64,000 nt of DNA from NCBI RefSeq assembly GCF_022045235.1, contig NW_027266297.1:14632001-14696000 (forward strand), written 5' to 3'. This stretch comes from Haliotis cracherodii (taxonomy: Eukaryota). The position numbers and the translations under genes are program-made. Shown here piece by piece: positions 13,301-25,607 of the stretch. The stretch's first letter is position 1. Each line of letters opens with the position of its first letter. The notes under the pieces are model-generated. The model did not search any database. It worked only from the letters and a program-made list of their open reading frames with translations, and was not told the origin of the DNA.

Positions 13301-16300
13301 TTATAATTGGCTTATCTCATGATGCTAGATGTTTATGTGCACTTGATCATGTCATATTTACAGTCCTGAACCCACAAGTATAAGAATGAACACCATTTGA
13401 ACATGCATGATTATTTTTATGCAATTATTTTAGAGTTTTCCTATATTTTACCATTTTACAATTACATTTTCAGTGAACCAAATCACCCCTCTGTTATAAA
13501 AAGAAGGGAGAACCAGTTCTAAAGATGCCAAAGACAACCAGTTCCAAAGATGCCAAAGACAACACAAAAGCATGCATAATCAACACTCAACAAGTAACTT
13601 ACAATGAAGGACGTCCACCATGTCCGAAGGGAAACACCGTTGTCGACTCTGAAATTGTTTCTATGAGATAAAAACTATTATCAATAACTGTACTTTAATT
13701 AATACAAGCAATACAGAATGATATTAAAAAAGAGTGATCAAGTTCAGAGGGCGAGGTCACTTTGAGCTATCAGATGGGAGTGAGTGACTCTGGTTTAATA
13801 ACAGTATTTCGTTTATACCACTCTATATTAGTTTAATCACTTTAATGAGATGAGAGCCCAATGTTACCATGGCTACCCAAATTGTAAACTGTAGGTCATA
13901 GACACTTTTAACTCTTTGACCTTTGACCACTAAGTCACCTCTACCGCCAATGGAATTAGAGTGAGTGATACATCTACGCCATTTTTAGCCATATTCCAGC
14001 CACATTCCAGCCATATTTTAGAAATATCATAGCAAGGAGACGGGGGCCCACTTGCACAAAGCTATCTTAGCGCTAAGACTATCGTAAGCCTTGTTAAAGC
14101 ATGGGTGTTACGATCATCTTAGCGCTAAGATCACTTTGTGCAAGTGGGACCAGGAGCAGGCTTCATACATTGTGCCCATATGAGGAATTGAACCAAGGTC
14201 TTCAGTGTAAAGAGAAAATGATTTAACCACTGGGCTACGCCATTTTCCTAATGCAATAAAAACCCTGTTGGGATTCTGGGTCCGAATAAGTCCCAGCAAC
14301 CTATGCTGGCCGTAAGAGGTGATCAAATCAATCAGGTGGTCAGTGACATGACTTGGTTGACTGCCTGTCATCAAACCCAAACAGCGTAAATCATTGCTCA
14401 TAATATCAACTCCTGGTTTATTTGGTCCAGACATGATTATTACAAGCCACTAGCATTTATATGTAGCTGGAATATTGCTGAGTGTGGCGTTAAACAACAG
14501 ACAAGCAAACCAATGCAATAAGACAATAAACTTTGTCATAGTACACATGGTAAGAGAGCACTACAAAATATAACCCATAATTTTAGTATGAAAAATATTA
14601 AAAAATCAGAGTGGCAGGTTATTGAGTATTTGAAGCCTGGGAATCCCAACCATACAAACGAACTCAAATTTGAAAATATGTAATGTTCATCAATGCTGTA
14701 AATACAAATAATCATGTTTCAGTGTTCACATTTCATAAATAAAACACTGTATGACTTTGGTCAAATGTGTCCTATCATTACACAAGAATACTGATGAAAA
14801 GTGAAAAGTGTCATCAACTTGCACGTACCCCCAGTTGATCCACTGTGAGAGACGCTGGTCGTGGTTCCGGGGATGCGAGAATCCAACAGCTGCATGGTGG
14901 CCTCAGTATACACCAGCTGGAAACACTGGCCAATCAGAGCACACAGTTCCTCTGCTGCTTGCTGATGGCAACCAATCAGAAGACAGTATTTGAGTAGGAT
15001 ACTTTGCTATCATATGTATCAGTTAGGGGCACTTAACATAAAACATGCCACATGAAGGCAAGCAACTCAAGCACAATTGGTGTTTGGTAGTCATGTTATT
15101 GTTTTGTTGAGATATATCATCAAATGATTAGGCAGATGTGGTCACCCAGCAGTGAATGGGTACCCAGTAGGAGGAGATGGTAATGTGACTGTTACCCTTC
15201 TCACACCTTGGGTTGTATACTCACCAGGGCATTGAGAATGAAAACTTGAGTGCACACTGACCAAGGTACCGTATTCGACGAAATAAGCGCCCGGGGCGCT
15301 CTCAAAATTAGAAATAGGGGGCTCTCATTAGAATATTATTTTGGTGAAAAAACAGAGTTGAAAGATAAATTTCATGGTTTATGCTGACAGCCTGAAATGT
15401 TTATATACAACAAATATCTGTTTCCAGAATTTAATTGCCCATAATTAAGGGTGCATATAACAAAGAGTGTGTATTATATTCGTATTATGTATTATGAGTT
15501 GAAAGATCAATTTCGTGGTTTATGCTGACAGCCTGAAATGTTTATGTACAACAGATATGTTTCTGGAATTTAATTGCCCATAGTTAAATGTGCATATAAC
15601 ACACTAGTGCGTATTGTACAAGTCTTGTGAACATTGTTCAATCGGAAGGGGTGCTAACTGGGATTGTTCACTAGCCAACATATTAGCAAATACCGCCGTG
15701 GGCGCTTATTAGAGCGGGGCACTTATTACGTCGAATACGGTCATTATAATGCAACCCTTCAAGCACACACACGTATGGAGTTATGCACTTTACAGTGAGT
15801 TGAGTTTTACCCCACCTTTAACAATATTCCAGCAATATCAAGGCTGGGAACACCAGAAATAGGCTTCAGAAATTGTACCCATGTGGTGAATCAAACCCGG
15901 GGCTTCGGCGTGAAGAGCAAACGCTATGACCACAAGGCTACCCCCCCCACCCCTTATGCACTTTACAAGCAGATCATTATTGCCAGATGAATCAAAACAA
16001 CTTGTGAAACAACTTATGTTTGATAGTGATGTTAATTGTTGGAAAACATATCATCAAATGATTTAGGTATATCCAATACAATTACATTTTTAAAAGTGTG
16101 GGTGGTTCGGGGCGGTGTGGGGTGGTGTGGGGTGGGGCGGTGTGGGGTGGGTGGTGTTACACACCTGTACCTTCCCTTCTGGATATGTGTATCTATATTA
16201 TTTTTTATTATACAACCTGAATGACATGTCTGACAACCCCAATTTCACACATTTCTTAAATTAATATTTTTAGAGCAGTCGCTTTTATAGTTTCAAAGAG

Positions 16301-19300
16301 TCTGTTAACAAATTTCATTAACAATAAACCCCAATGAAGATGGATATGACACTAATTCTAAGGCTTTCCATTCAAAGCTATGCTTCAAGAAAAATGTTTC
16401 CTGGATTTTTCTTTTTCATATATATATATTATAATCCTACTTGCAACATCTAAAAGATCACATTTTTGCAATTTTTGAGTTTCCTAAAACAAGCATAAGG
16501 AGTCTAACACAACCAGTCTCAGTGAGAATATCTACTCACCGCAAAAGACACACGAACAACAGAAACACATAGAGAAGTATGTACGTTAAGAAGTGATGTT
16601 TCCAATGTGTACCACTTAATGACAAAACTAACAATAAGTCAAGTGTTACCACAGAGTGTCTTTATTCTTATCACGATATGTTGCACGTGATTTCCAAACT
16701 TTACACGCTAACCCTGCACAAGACAAATGGTACATTTTGAGTCATGGATCTATCACGTCACATGATGAGGTTCACACAACATACCAGTATGCTCTTGTAC
16801 ATCGAACCAATCTAATGTCTCTTGAAAAGGAATAATTCTTCATATATGAACCAACATGTATGGTATTCACATTTTCTATGGCGGTGATATGAGCTAAACA
16901 AGTCCCAGTGAAAGTCATCTATTAACCAGCCCTGTGAGGTCAGACTTCTAACTTCCAGTGTAACATAGTCCTAAGTGGACTTTTGTGACAGAACCAAAGC
17001 TTCCGAATCCTAAACAAGTCCGTCTGGATCTTACCTTTGTATCGCAGTAGAGGACAGACAAACTGCATTCCTCGAGTGTTCCTAAAGGGAAGGACAGAAT
17101 AAGCAGTGTCACAATGCCAGAGCTCCAGATAGGCTTTTGGTGTTGTGGGTATTTTACCCATGCATTTTAAAATCATTGGGTATCAGTAATTCTATCTGGG
17201 TATTCAAATTTCTGTTACCCACTAGTTTTTACACATGTGGGTATTTAAGTTAAATATTTAAAAACACTATTCATCTAGTCCCTGCAAACTGGTGTCGTGA
17301 GGGTTCGAGAGCCTTATAGGACTAAAAAATACCACGATACTTCCACAAGAAAGTGTGATGGCAATGATCATGATGTAACTGTCATCATGGAGTTTGGCAA
17401 GGTTGACAGAATGCTCGTTTATAATTTCAAAATAAGTTGCTGATTTGCAAATCGAATATGCAGGGTTACTTCACAATATTTTGATGATATGCACAAGTTT
17501 TATTTTTGTTGCGTATCTGTATTATTTGTTGTGTATTTGATACGCTTGGATTTTATTATAAAGCGTATTTCTGCATTTCCGATGCGTATTTTACGCAGAT
17601 ACGCAGCTTATCTGGAGCTCTGCAATGCATACTGATAGGCTAGACAGTTTATATGTTCCTTTATGTCACAGTTAGCAATATTCCAGCTGTATCACGTCGA
17701 CATGTAAACAAATGACTCTGGCCAGACAAACCAGAGGTTGATATGAACACCACTCCATACAATGAACCATGTCATCAAGCCTGACCACCCATTCCAATTT
17801 AGTCGCCTCTTTTTCAGTTTAAACATATATCTCTTGAAAAGCATTTTGCACAAGTTATCAAAACTTAGAACACACTCTCCCAAAGATTAACATGTATGCT
17901 TATTTACAATTAATACATTAAATGAGAAAAAGAAAGAAGACGAGAAACAGATAAACGTATGTACATTAACACTGCTTACTCAAACGCATGTATATTCCTA
18001 AAGATGTTTTCATTGACATGATATGGTAAAGCTGCATTGCCAACTAGTATCAAGTCACTAACATTACCTGCAACTTTCACAATTAACAAACGTGAGTGCA
18101 TCATTTCATTTGTAGCTATTTAAAAATAGACGTTCAATGAAACAATTACATGAGTTTCCACAAGGGCTGCCACATCAGCAGTTGGGATCCTTGTGTAAAC
18201 ATCTACTAAATAAACCATTTTATTATTCATTATCACCATGTCTAAATTTTGTCCATGTTTTATGTTAATTCTGAGGCCATATGAGAGTCACCTCTTACGA
18301 CAGGAGATAGAATGATGGGAATGATTCTAGCCAAGGGTTGATGGTTAGACTGCAACAGTTTACAGCTACTAGGTCATCTTTGAGACGTGTTAATTCAAAA
18401 TTATCATGATTATTGCCTTAAGGAATATATCAGATTTATGTGAAGAACAGAAAGCAGTAACAAGAACATCTTCCCTAGGCAAGGGAGTTAACTGAGTATA
18501 AAAGTCCACTTCCACTCTTGCCGAACTAGGCTGGAATTTGCAGGCTTGATAGTAGCACCCCCAGCAGCTATTATGAGTTGTGTCCCTTCTATGTCTCTCC
18601 TATTGACCAATAAGATTCCATTGCTCACATCGCTTGCATTTGCTTCAAACAAAATGATGGCGCCAAGTCGAGACGATCTGATCAATAATCAAGATCTATA
18701 TTGTAATAAAACGGGTCTCACCCAGCGAAGTGCATCAAATCACTTGAGCACCTTGATTAAAATCATGAAAAGATTTGACAAAATATTTGTTGACGGAACA
18801 CATGTTTTGCAAACAAATCCTGCTGTCGACGGACATCAGCACGCTGAAATCCATGTTGTTTACACACCGGATGTCTAATTCGTCACGCGATTTTGATTGG
18901 ACTATGCATAGATCGTCCAGCCAAACTGCAACTCCAAAATTCCAGTCTATTTCGGCAAGGGTGGAAACAGGAGTTTTAGAGTCAGTTAACTCCCTTGCCT
19001 CAGGAGAATGTAACATGAAAGAAGTTATCTAAATACAACCTACCATGTTTGAGTGCCAGAATATGCTGGCCATCATCTTTTATGTAACACACAGCTGCAA
19101 TCTCATGCATTGGTATCCGTAGCAACAGATCCTGGAAAAGGGAGATAATTCTTTAAGAGTGAGTGAGTATGGTTTTACGCCGCTTTTAGGAATATTCCAG
19201 CAATATCATGGTGGGGGTCACCAGAAATGGGCTTTATACACTGTACCCATGTCATGTATCGAACCTGGGTCTTCAGCGTGATGAGCGAACACTTTAACCA

Positions 19301-22300
19301 CGAGGCTACCCGACCGCCCCAAAACAGTCAGTTGAAGTTATCGACACATGAAAATCATAATGATATTTCAAACATCCTATCTTTTTCATAATGGTATTTT
19401 ATCCATATGTCTTGTACGTGTCAAAGGTATTTCAAAGACGTCTAAGAATACCTCTGACTGGTTGTATCTGCTGATCTTGATGTTGTTGACACTTAGGCTG
19501 AAGATGGCTTCATGCTCGTATCCAACTTTTGGTGGGATGAAACCTTGTTTCTGAAATAATAAGTGAGATAAAAATGTGATTGATTGAATGATTGATGGCA
19601 TGTGTCAGAGTGTGCGAGCATTCATGAGTGAATATAGCTTCAACAATAATCTTCTAGCTGTTTTCAGTGAGCAGTCTCAGTATTGAGTACATGACAGTAA
19701 CTTAATGCTATTTGGGGTGAGGTTCAATGGACACCTGTAGTTACAGCACCAAGATGGTTTTGTGGATGGGGTCCAGTATAGCATAGAGGTCTTCCCACAG
19801 CATCCATTTTGGTACCATAGATACCAAGATGACACTGTGAGGAATCTTAATCCACTAAAACAACAACATTTAATTTGGGATAATTCTATGGTATAGCCTC
19901 ATATTACCCCTTCCTACAACTGTCAATTGGCATCTATGTTTGTTATATTATTTCTAACCAAGAACATGCTTTATAAATATCTCACCTTTCCCTTGTCAAT
20001 GACTCGGAGGACATCAGTCCTGTTTGTGATGTCGATGTCGGCCACCACTCCATCGATCATCCCCGCATACTGAAGCACAAAACAAAGGCTTTTGATTAGG
20101 CCCTAAAATGAACCATTACTTTTTCACACACCCCACACACCTCTTCACCAAACACCAAGCATCTCATCATTTTATTGTCCCCAAGTACAAATTTTTACAA
20201 ACCTGTAGAGGTTATGAATTCTCTGATGAAATCCTCCTTGGGGCACTTATTGCATTTTCCTTGCTCAAGAAAATCTACATGACATAGTTGTAACCATTTT
20301 CCTTAATAAAAAATGTTACCACACAAAAAACTTCGTTTTTGTATGATATACGACCACCCTTACGGGGCCTCACCACCAACGGCGCCTCACGCCAGGGGGA
20401 GCAACTCTCACCCAAATCACTTTCCATATGTCAAATGCTGACGGAATGTGGGGAGGTGGGTGGCTGTGCCCCAAGGAGGATTTCATCAGAGAATTCATAA
20501 CCTCTACAGGTTTGTAAAATTCTCTTTCTGATTAAATCCTCCTTGGGGCACTTATTGCATCAGGACAGACTCCCAAAGATAATCTAGGAAGTGGCATCCG
20601 TCAGCAACAGGCGTAAATAAATACATCGTATTTGATTATTCAACAGAATAAAATATTGAGTTCAATAAATGGAACCAACCTTATCGTGAGGCACCACCGT
20701 CGAAAGGCGGGGGCTAGAGACAGGGCGTGGTCGACCATATATTATGATAAAGCCTGTTTTCGCGGCTTGTCATAAGTTGAGAATTCGAAACACCTCCCAC
20801 CCCCACACTTTTTTTGAACAAGTGATATAGGGGCATAGATCACGAGAGACCATAACCAGCGCTGAGCTAGGCCAGAGGGTCCCCGAGGATCGAAGGAGCG
20901 CGTGCGCAAAATACGAGTATTATCGAGTAGTAAGGACTGATATTTATCGACCGCAGAAGATAAAATCCGGACCATTACCGAGCAGTATAACCGGAGGACT
21001 GTCTAAAATCTCGAATGCTCAATCGGCTAGAGATTAGAACTTTGCCCCGTTCGGAGAACTGACTGACCAAACCGAGTACGCTCGCTTGAGTGTTTGTCGA
21101 GTTGGTAAGGTTTGATGAATCGTGCACGGCTGGCTCCAAATAGCCGCGGAGCAGATCTGCTCAATGTGCAGAGCCGCGGCGTACGCTTTTGACGCAGCCA
21201 CTGCTCTAACCTAATGAGCCTTCAACCTGGTAGGGGGGTCCCTGCCTGTAAGCGTATACGCTGTACAAATGGTTGAAACTATCCACCTCGAGATAGATTG
21301 TTTACTCGCAGGTGAGCCAACCTTCCTACCGCCGTAACAGCAAAATAGTTGGTTATCCTTACGGACACCAATATTTCTGCTGATATAGGCCATGAGAGTC
21401 GTGCGGACATCCAAGACATGAGCATGTCTTGCAGTGGTCCCCGACGCGGAAGGCTGTGAAAGAGCAGGTAGCTCAATAGGAGCCGTTCACGTGGAAGCGT
21501 GTGCGACCCTTTGACAGTAAGAGTCCGGTAGTCGAAAACTGACTCTGTCCCGGTGATATTTATCGACCGCATGGAAGACAGTTATTTCGGGATCGGCTGA
21601 CATAACACGAATGTCGCCTACCCGTCTGCCGGACGTTACCACCACAAGGAACGCCGTCTCCCAGCTCAACAGCTGAAGAGAGAGAGACCACAGATCCCGA
21701 AAGGAAGGACCGGACAGCCAATCGAGAATGATTGACAAGTCCCAAGGGGAACTGATCCGCCGGACTGGCGGTCGGATCCTGTCCACACCTGCTAAAAAGC
21801 GCTGCACTAATGGGTGTGCACCCAGAAGTGCCCCGTCGACAGTGACGAAAAGCTGCGATAGCTGTAGAGTAACCCCGGACTGTTGATGCGGCCAGGCCGT
21901 CATCTAGTCGCGACTGGAGAAACTCAATCACGGATACGAGATCTGCAGAAAAAAAAAAAAAGATCTGCAATCCCTCTATCGACACACCAGGGCGCATAGC
22001 AGGCCTATCTATCGTACTGAACGTTTGTCGAATCTCTCCGCGAAGCCAGTATTGTGTCTGCAACTCGTGCAGGAATACCGCTCTTCTGGAGGCGATTCCT
22101 GACAGTGGCTAAGCCACCCATTGAATCCTGGGATTCGGGTGGAGGGCCCCGTTCTGGGATAGGAGGTCCGGTCATAAAGGTAATATAACAGGAGGCTGAG
22201 ACAGAAACCTGAGTATTACATGAAACCCACTCTGCGCCGACTAAAGAGGTGCCAGGAGCACAATTAGTCGCGCAGGCTGAGTGCTTAGCTGAGACAGGAC

Positions 22301-25300
22301 CTTGGAAATCAGAGGTACTGGGGGGAATGCCCACAGAATTCTGTCCGTCCAATCTAGCTGGAAGGCGTCCGGTGCCACCGACCTCGGGTCGTGGACTCGG
22401 GAGCAGAACGTTGGTGTCTGGTGATTCATCACAGACGCAAACAGATCCACCTGTAACGGCCTGTATAACAGGGAGAAAATCCCGAATATCCCCGGGTCGA
22501 GCCTCCACTCGTGAGGAGCGAGGATCCGGCGAGACAGAGCGTCCGTACGGACGTTGTCCACCCCCGGGAGATAAACAGGTAGCACCCTGATATCGTGAGA
22601 GTCGCACTATAGTAGGAACTGCCACGTCTTTCGTCGAAGCGACGGAGACGCCGTTCCCCCCTGCTTCCGGATGTAAGTCATCGCCGTTTGGTTGTCCATC
22701 TCTAGACGAACCACTTGGCCACGAAGCAGACCCGGGAAGCGTTGGAACACCAACCTGACCGCTCTCAGTTCTAGCACATTGATATGCAGTTTGATCTCCT
22801 GCTGGGACCATAGTCCCGAGGCAGTGTGATCATTCAGAACGCCTCCCCAGCCGGAGAGTGACGCTTCTGTTTGAACTGTGAGAGACGGAACGGGAGTGTC
22901 GAGGGGGAGCCCCCGGGACAGATTCCCGACCTCGGTCCACCACTGGAGGTGTGTAATGAGCCAATACGGAGTCTCGAGCACAGTCTCGAGATCTTCCGAG
23001 TTCGCCCAAATTCGACAGAGTGCTTGTTGAATGGGACTCATTCTCAAGCGCCCCGCCAGACCAAATCCACTGTCGCCGCCATGTTGTCCAGTAACTGGAG
23101 CTATGTACGAGCAGCGTGACTTGCGCTTAAGGGACTTGATATCTTGTGACAGAGATACACGTCCTCTCACCGTGTTGAAATTAGCCACTAGGAAGACTAG
23201 ATTCTGAGTGGGGCTCAGATCTGACTTCTTGAGACTGACCATCCACCCTAGCGTGATCAGAATATCTATCACTTGTTGTGTAGCTATCTGACTCAGGGAT
23301 TGCGATAGAGCTCTTAGTAACCAGTCGTCGAGGTACGGATGGCAGAACCGACCTTTTGACCTGGCCACTTGGGCGGGACTCAACATCAGCTTGGTGAACA
23401 CCCTCGGGGCCGTGAAGATCCCGAATGGTAGAACCCTGAACTGATAACACCTCCCGTCGAAAGAAAAACCTCAGGTATTTCTTGAACTCGGGGTGTATTG
23501 GTATGTGGAGATAGGCGTACTTAAGTCTATTGACGTTAGCCATTCTCCTGTCTCGACAGGTGAGATCACTGTTTGGGTGACTAGGAAACAAGTCGAGTAG
23601 AAGCCCTCGCTTTCCTGTCCCTCGGGACCCGGTTCGATCGCAGCTTTCATAAGTGCGTCGACCTCGGCACGGAGGAATTCCGCCTTCTCTCGGGTAGCAG
23701 GCACCGGAGTGTGCTTTATCCCGGAGAAGGGGAGGGGCGGATGATGTTTCCACCGAGGCAAATGGCCATCCCTTAAAATGGACGGGGTCCGGGGATTGTG
23801 ATGTAACTGTCTCCGATTCCTTCAGGAATAGAGTCAGTCGGCCGCCTACGGGGACATCCGGCTGGAGGCAGTGAACCCCGGCTGTCGGCAGTTCGATAAC
23901 TTGCGACTGTGGGTTCACCCGGGGCTCTTCGGGCGCTAATGGGAACCCATCGTTCCCAGCCCCGCGAATAAGCTGTTGGTCTCGACCAGCTGCCTTGCCC
24001 CGGCCCGTGCCTCTCTTGCTCCTCCCGGCGCCCTTATACCTGAAGGAAGCGGCGGCTTCCAAGCAGGTGTGGACGTCTGACCCGTGCGTTAGCGTAGGGG
24101 GGGACAATTGGAGAGGCCCGCTTACGCGGTTTTAACGCTTGGTACCTCCAACATGGCCTCATGAGTCTTTGATGGAAGTATACCATTGAGCGGCCTCTCG
24201 GACCACCTGCTGAGCCCCAGGGAAGAGGGTGGCACCCTCTTATACGGCAAAGCAAGTAAGTCTTGGCATGTGTAAGTCGAGTATTTAGATACCGACATCC
24301 ACCGCCTGCGCATGCCCATAACAGCGCACATCATCTGCGAGGCACAGCTACGAATAGCGTCCCGCGTAAGATAACTGAACTTCCGTTAGTTGCGCGGCCA
24401 ACTCCGAAGAGTCGACCGGCCCCTCTCCCGCTAACTCCCTCTGTACAGCCGACAGATACGCGGAGTGTACGGACACACGGAGCTGTTGGCATGCATTATG
24501 ATATTGCTCCTCGAAGCATATGTAAGCAGCCTTCAACTCCGCACCGCACGCGGGAAAGGGGGGGCAACAGCCGGCCCTGCTTGACCTTAGTCAAGTTGGG
24601 TGTCTCCGACTCTGGCATGGGCGCAGCCACCTGAGGCAGTACCTGGACAATCCTGTCCCGCACGTGCCTCTGCACCCGGCCCGATGCCGAGTCCCGGTGC
24701 CGAGTCCCGGTGCCGAGGTGCCGGAGGTTCAAGGGAACCCACCTGGCACCGGGCTAGGTATCCACTAGTGGAAGCCTCGGCCTCGGAAGAGGCGTCTGGC
24801 TCCGCTAGGGAAAGTTGTGCGTCGGTAGTGCACGGGCCGAGCCGGCGCCCGCCACCACTACGCTGGGGATCGACCGCGAGCCAGAGCCGAAGCTCGGTCT
24901 CGGATCGTCCCCGAGACAAAGGGAACCAACCTTGCTCCGGGGCAGGTATCCACTAGTGGAAGCCTCGGCCTCGGAAGAGGCGTCTGGCTCCGCTAGGGAA
25001 AATTGTGCGTCGGTGGTGCACGGGCCGGCGCCCGCCACCACTACGCTTGGGAGCGACCTCGAGCCGGAGCCGAAGCTCGGTCTCGGATCGTCCCCGAGAC
25101 AAAGGGAACCCCCCTGGCTCCGGGCTACGAATCCACTAGTGAAAGCCTCGGCCTCGGAAGAGGCGTCTGGCTCCGCTAGGGAAAATTGTGCGTCGGTAGT
25201 GCACGGGCCGGCGCCCGCCACCCCTCCGCTGGGGAGCGACCTCGAGCCGGAGCCGAAGCCCGGTCTCGGATCGTCCCCGAGATCAAGTGGCCTGCCTCGG

Positions 25301-25568
25301 CCGACGCCGGGCATAACACAGATCTCGAAGCCGCGTCCGGCGCCGACAACGGGGAAGGCTCAGCCCGTAGCTCCTCCGGAGCCGAGACTTCACCTCCTCC
25401 ATCATCGACGCCATCGGCGACTTAAGTAACGCAGAACAGTCTGCCAAAGACAGTGCAGGAGAGGGTGCAGTGCTTACTACGGGGACCCTCCAGCCTTCTC
25501 CCCCGGCCCCCGGAGAGGGAGCGGGGGAGACAATCTCGGCAGCTTTTTTACCCTTTTTAGATGGGGAG

Positions 25569-25607
<39 letters not shown>

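Noticed and set aside
24815-25429. Plus-strand ORFs in the DIRS gag repeat
   Set aside because: Antisense frames of a GC-rich triplet-length repeat
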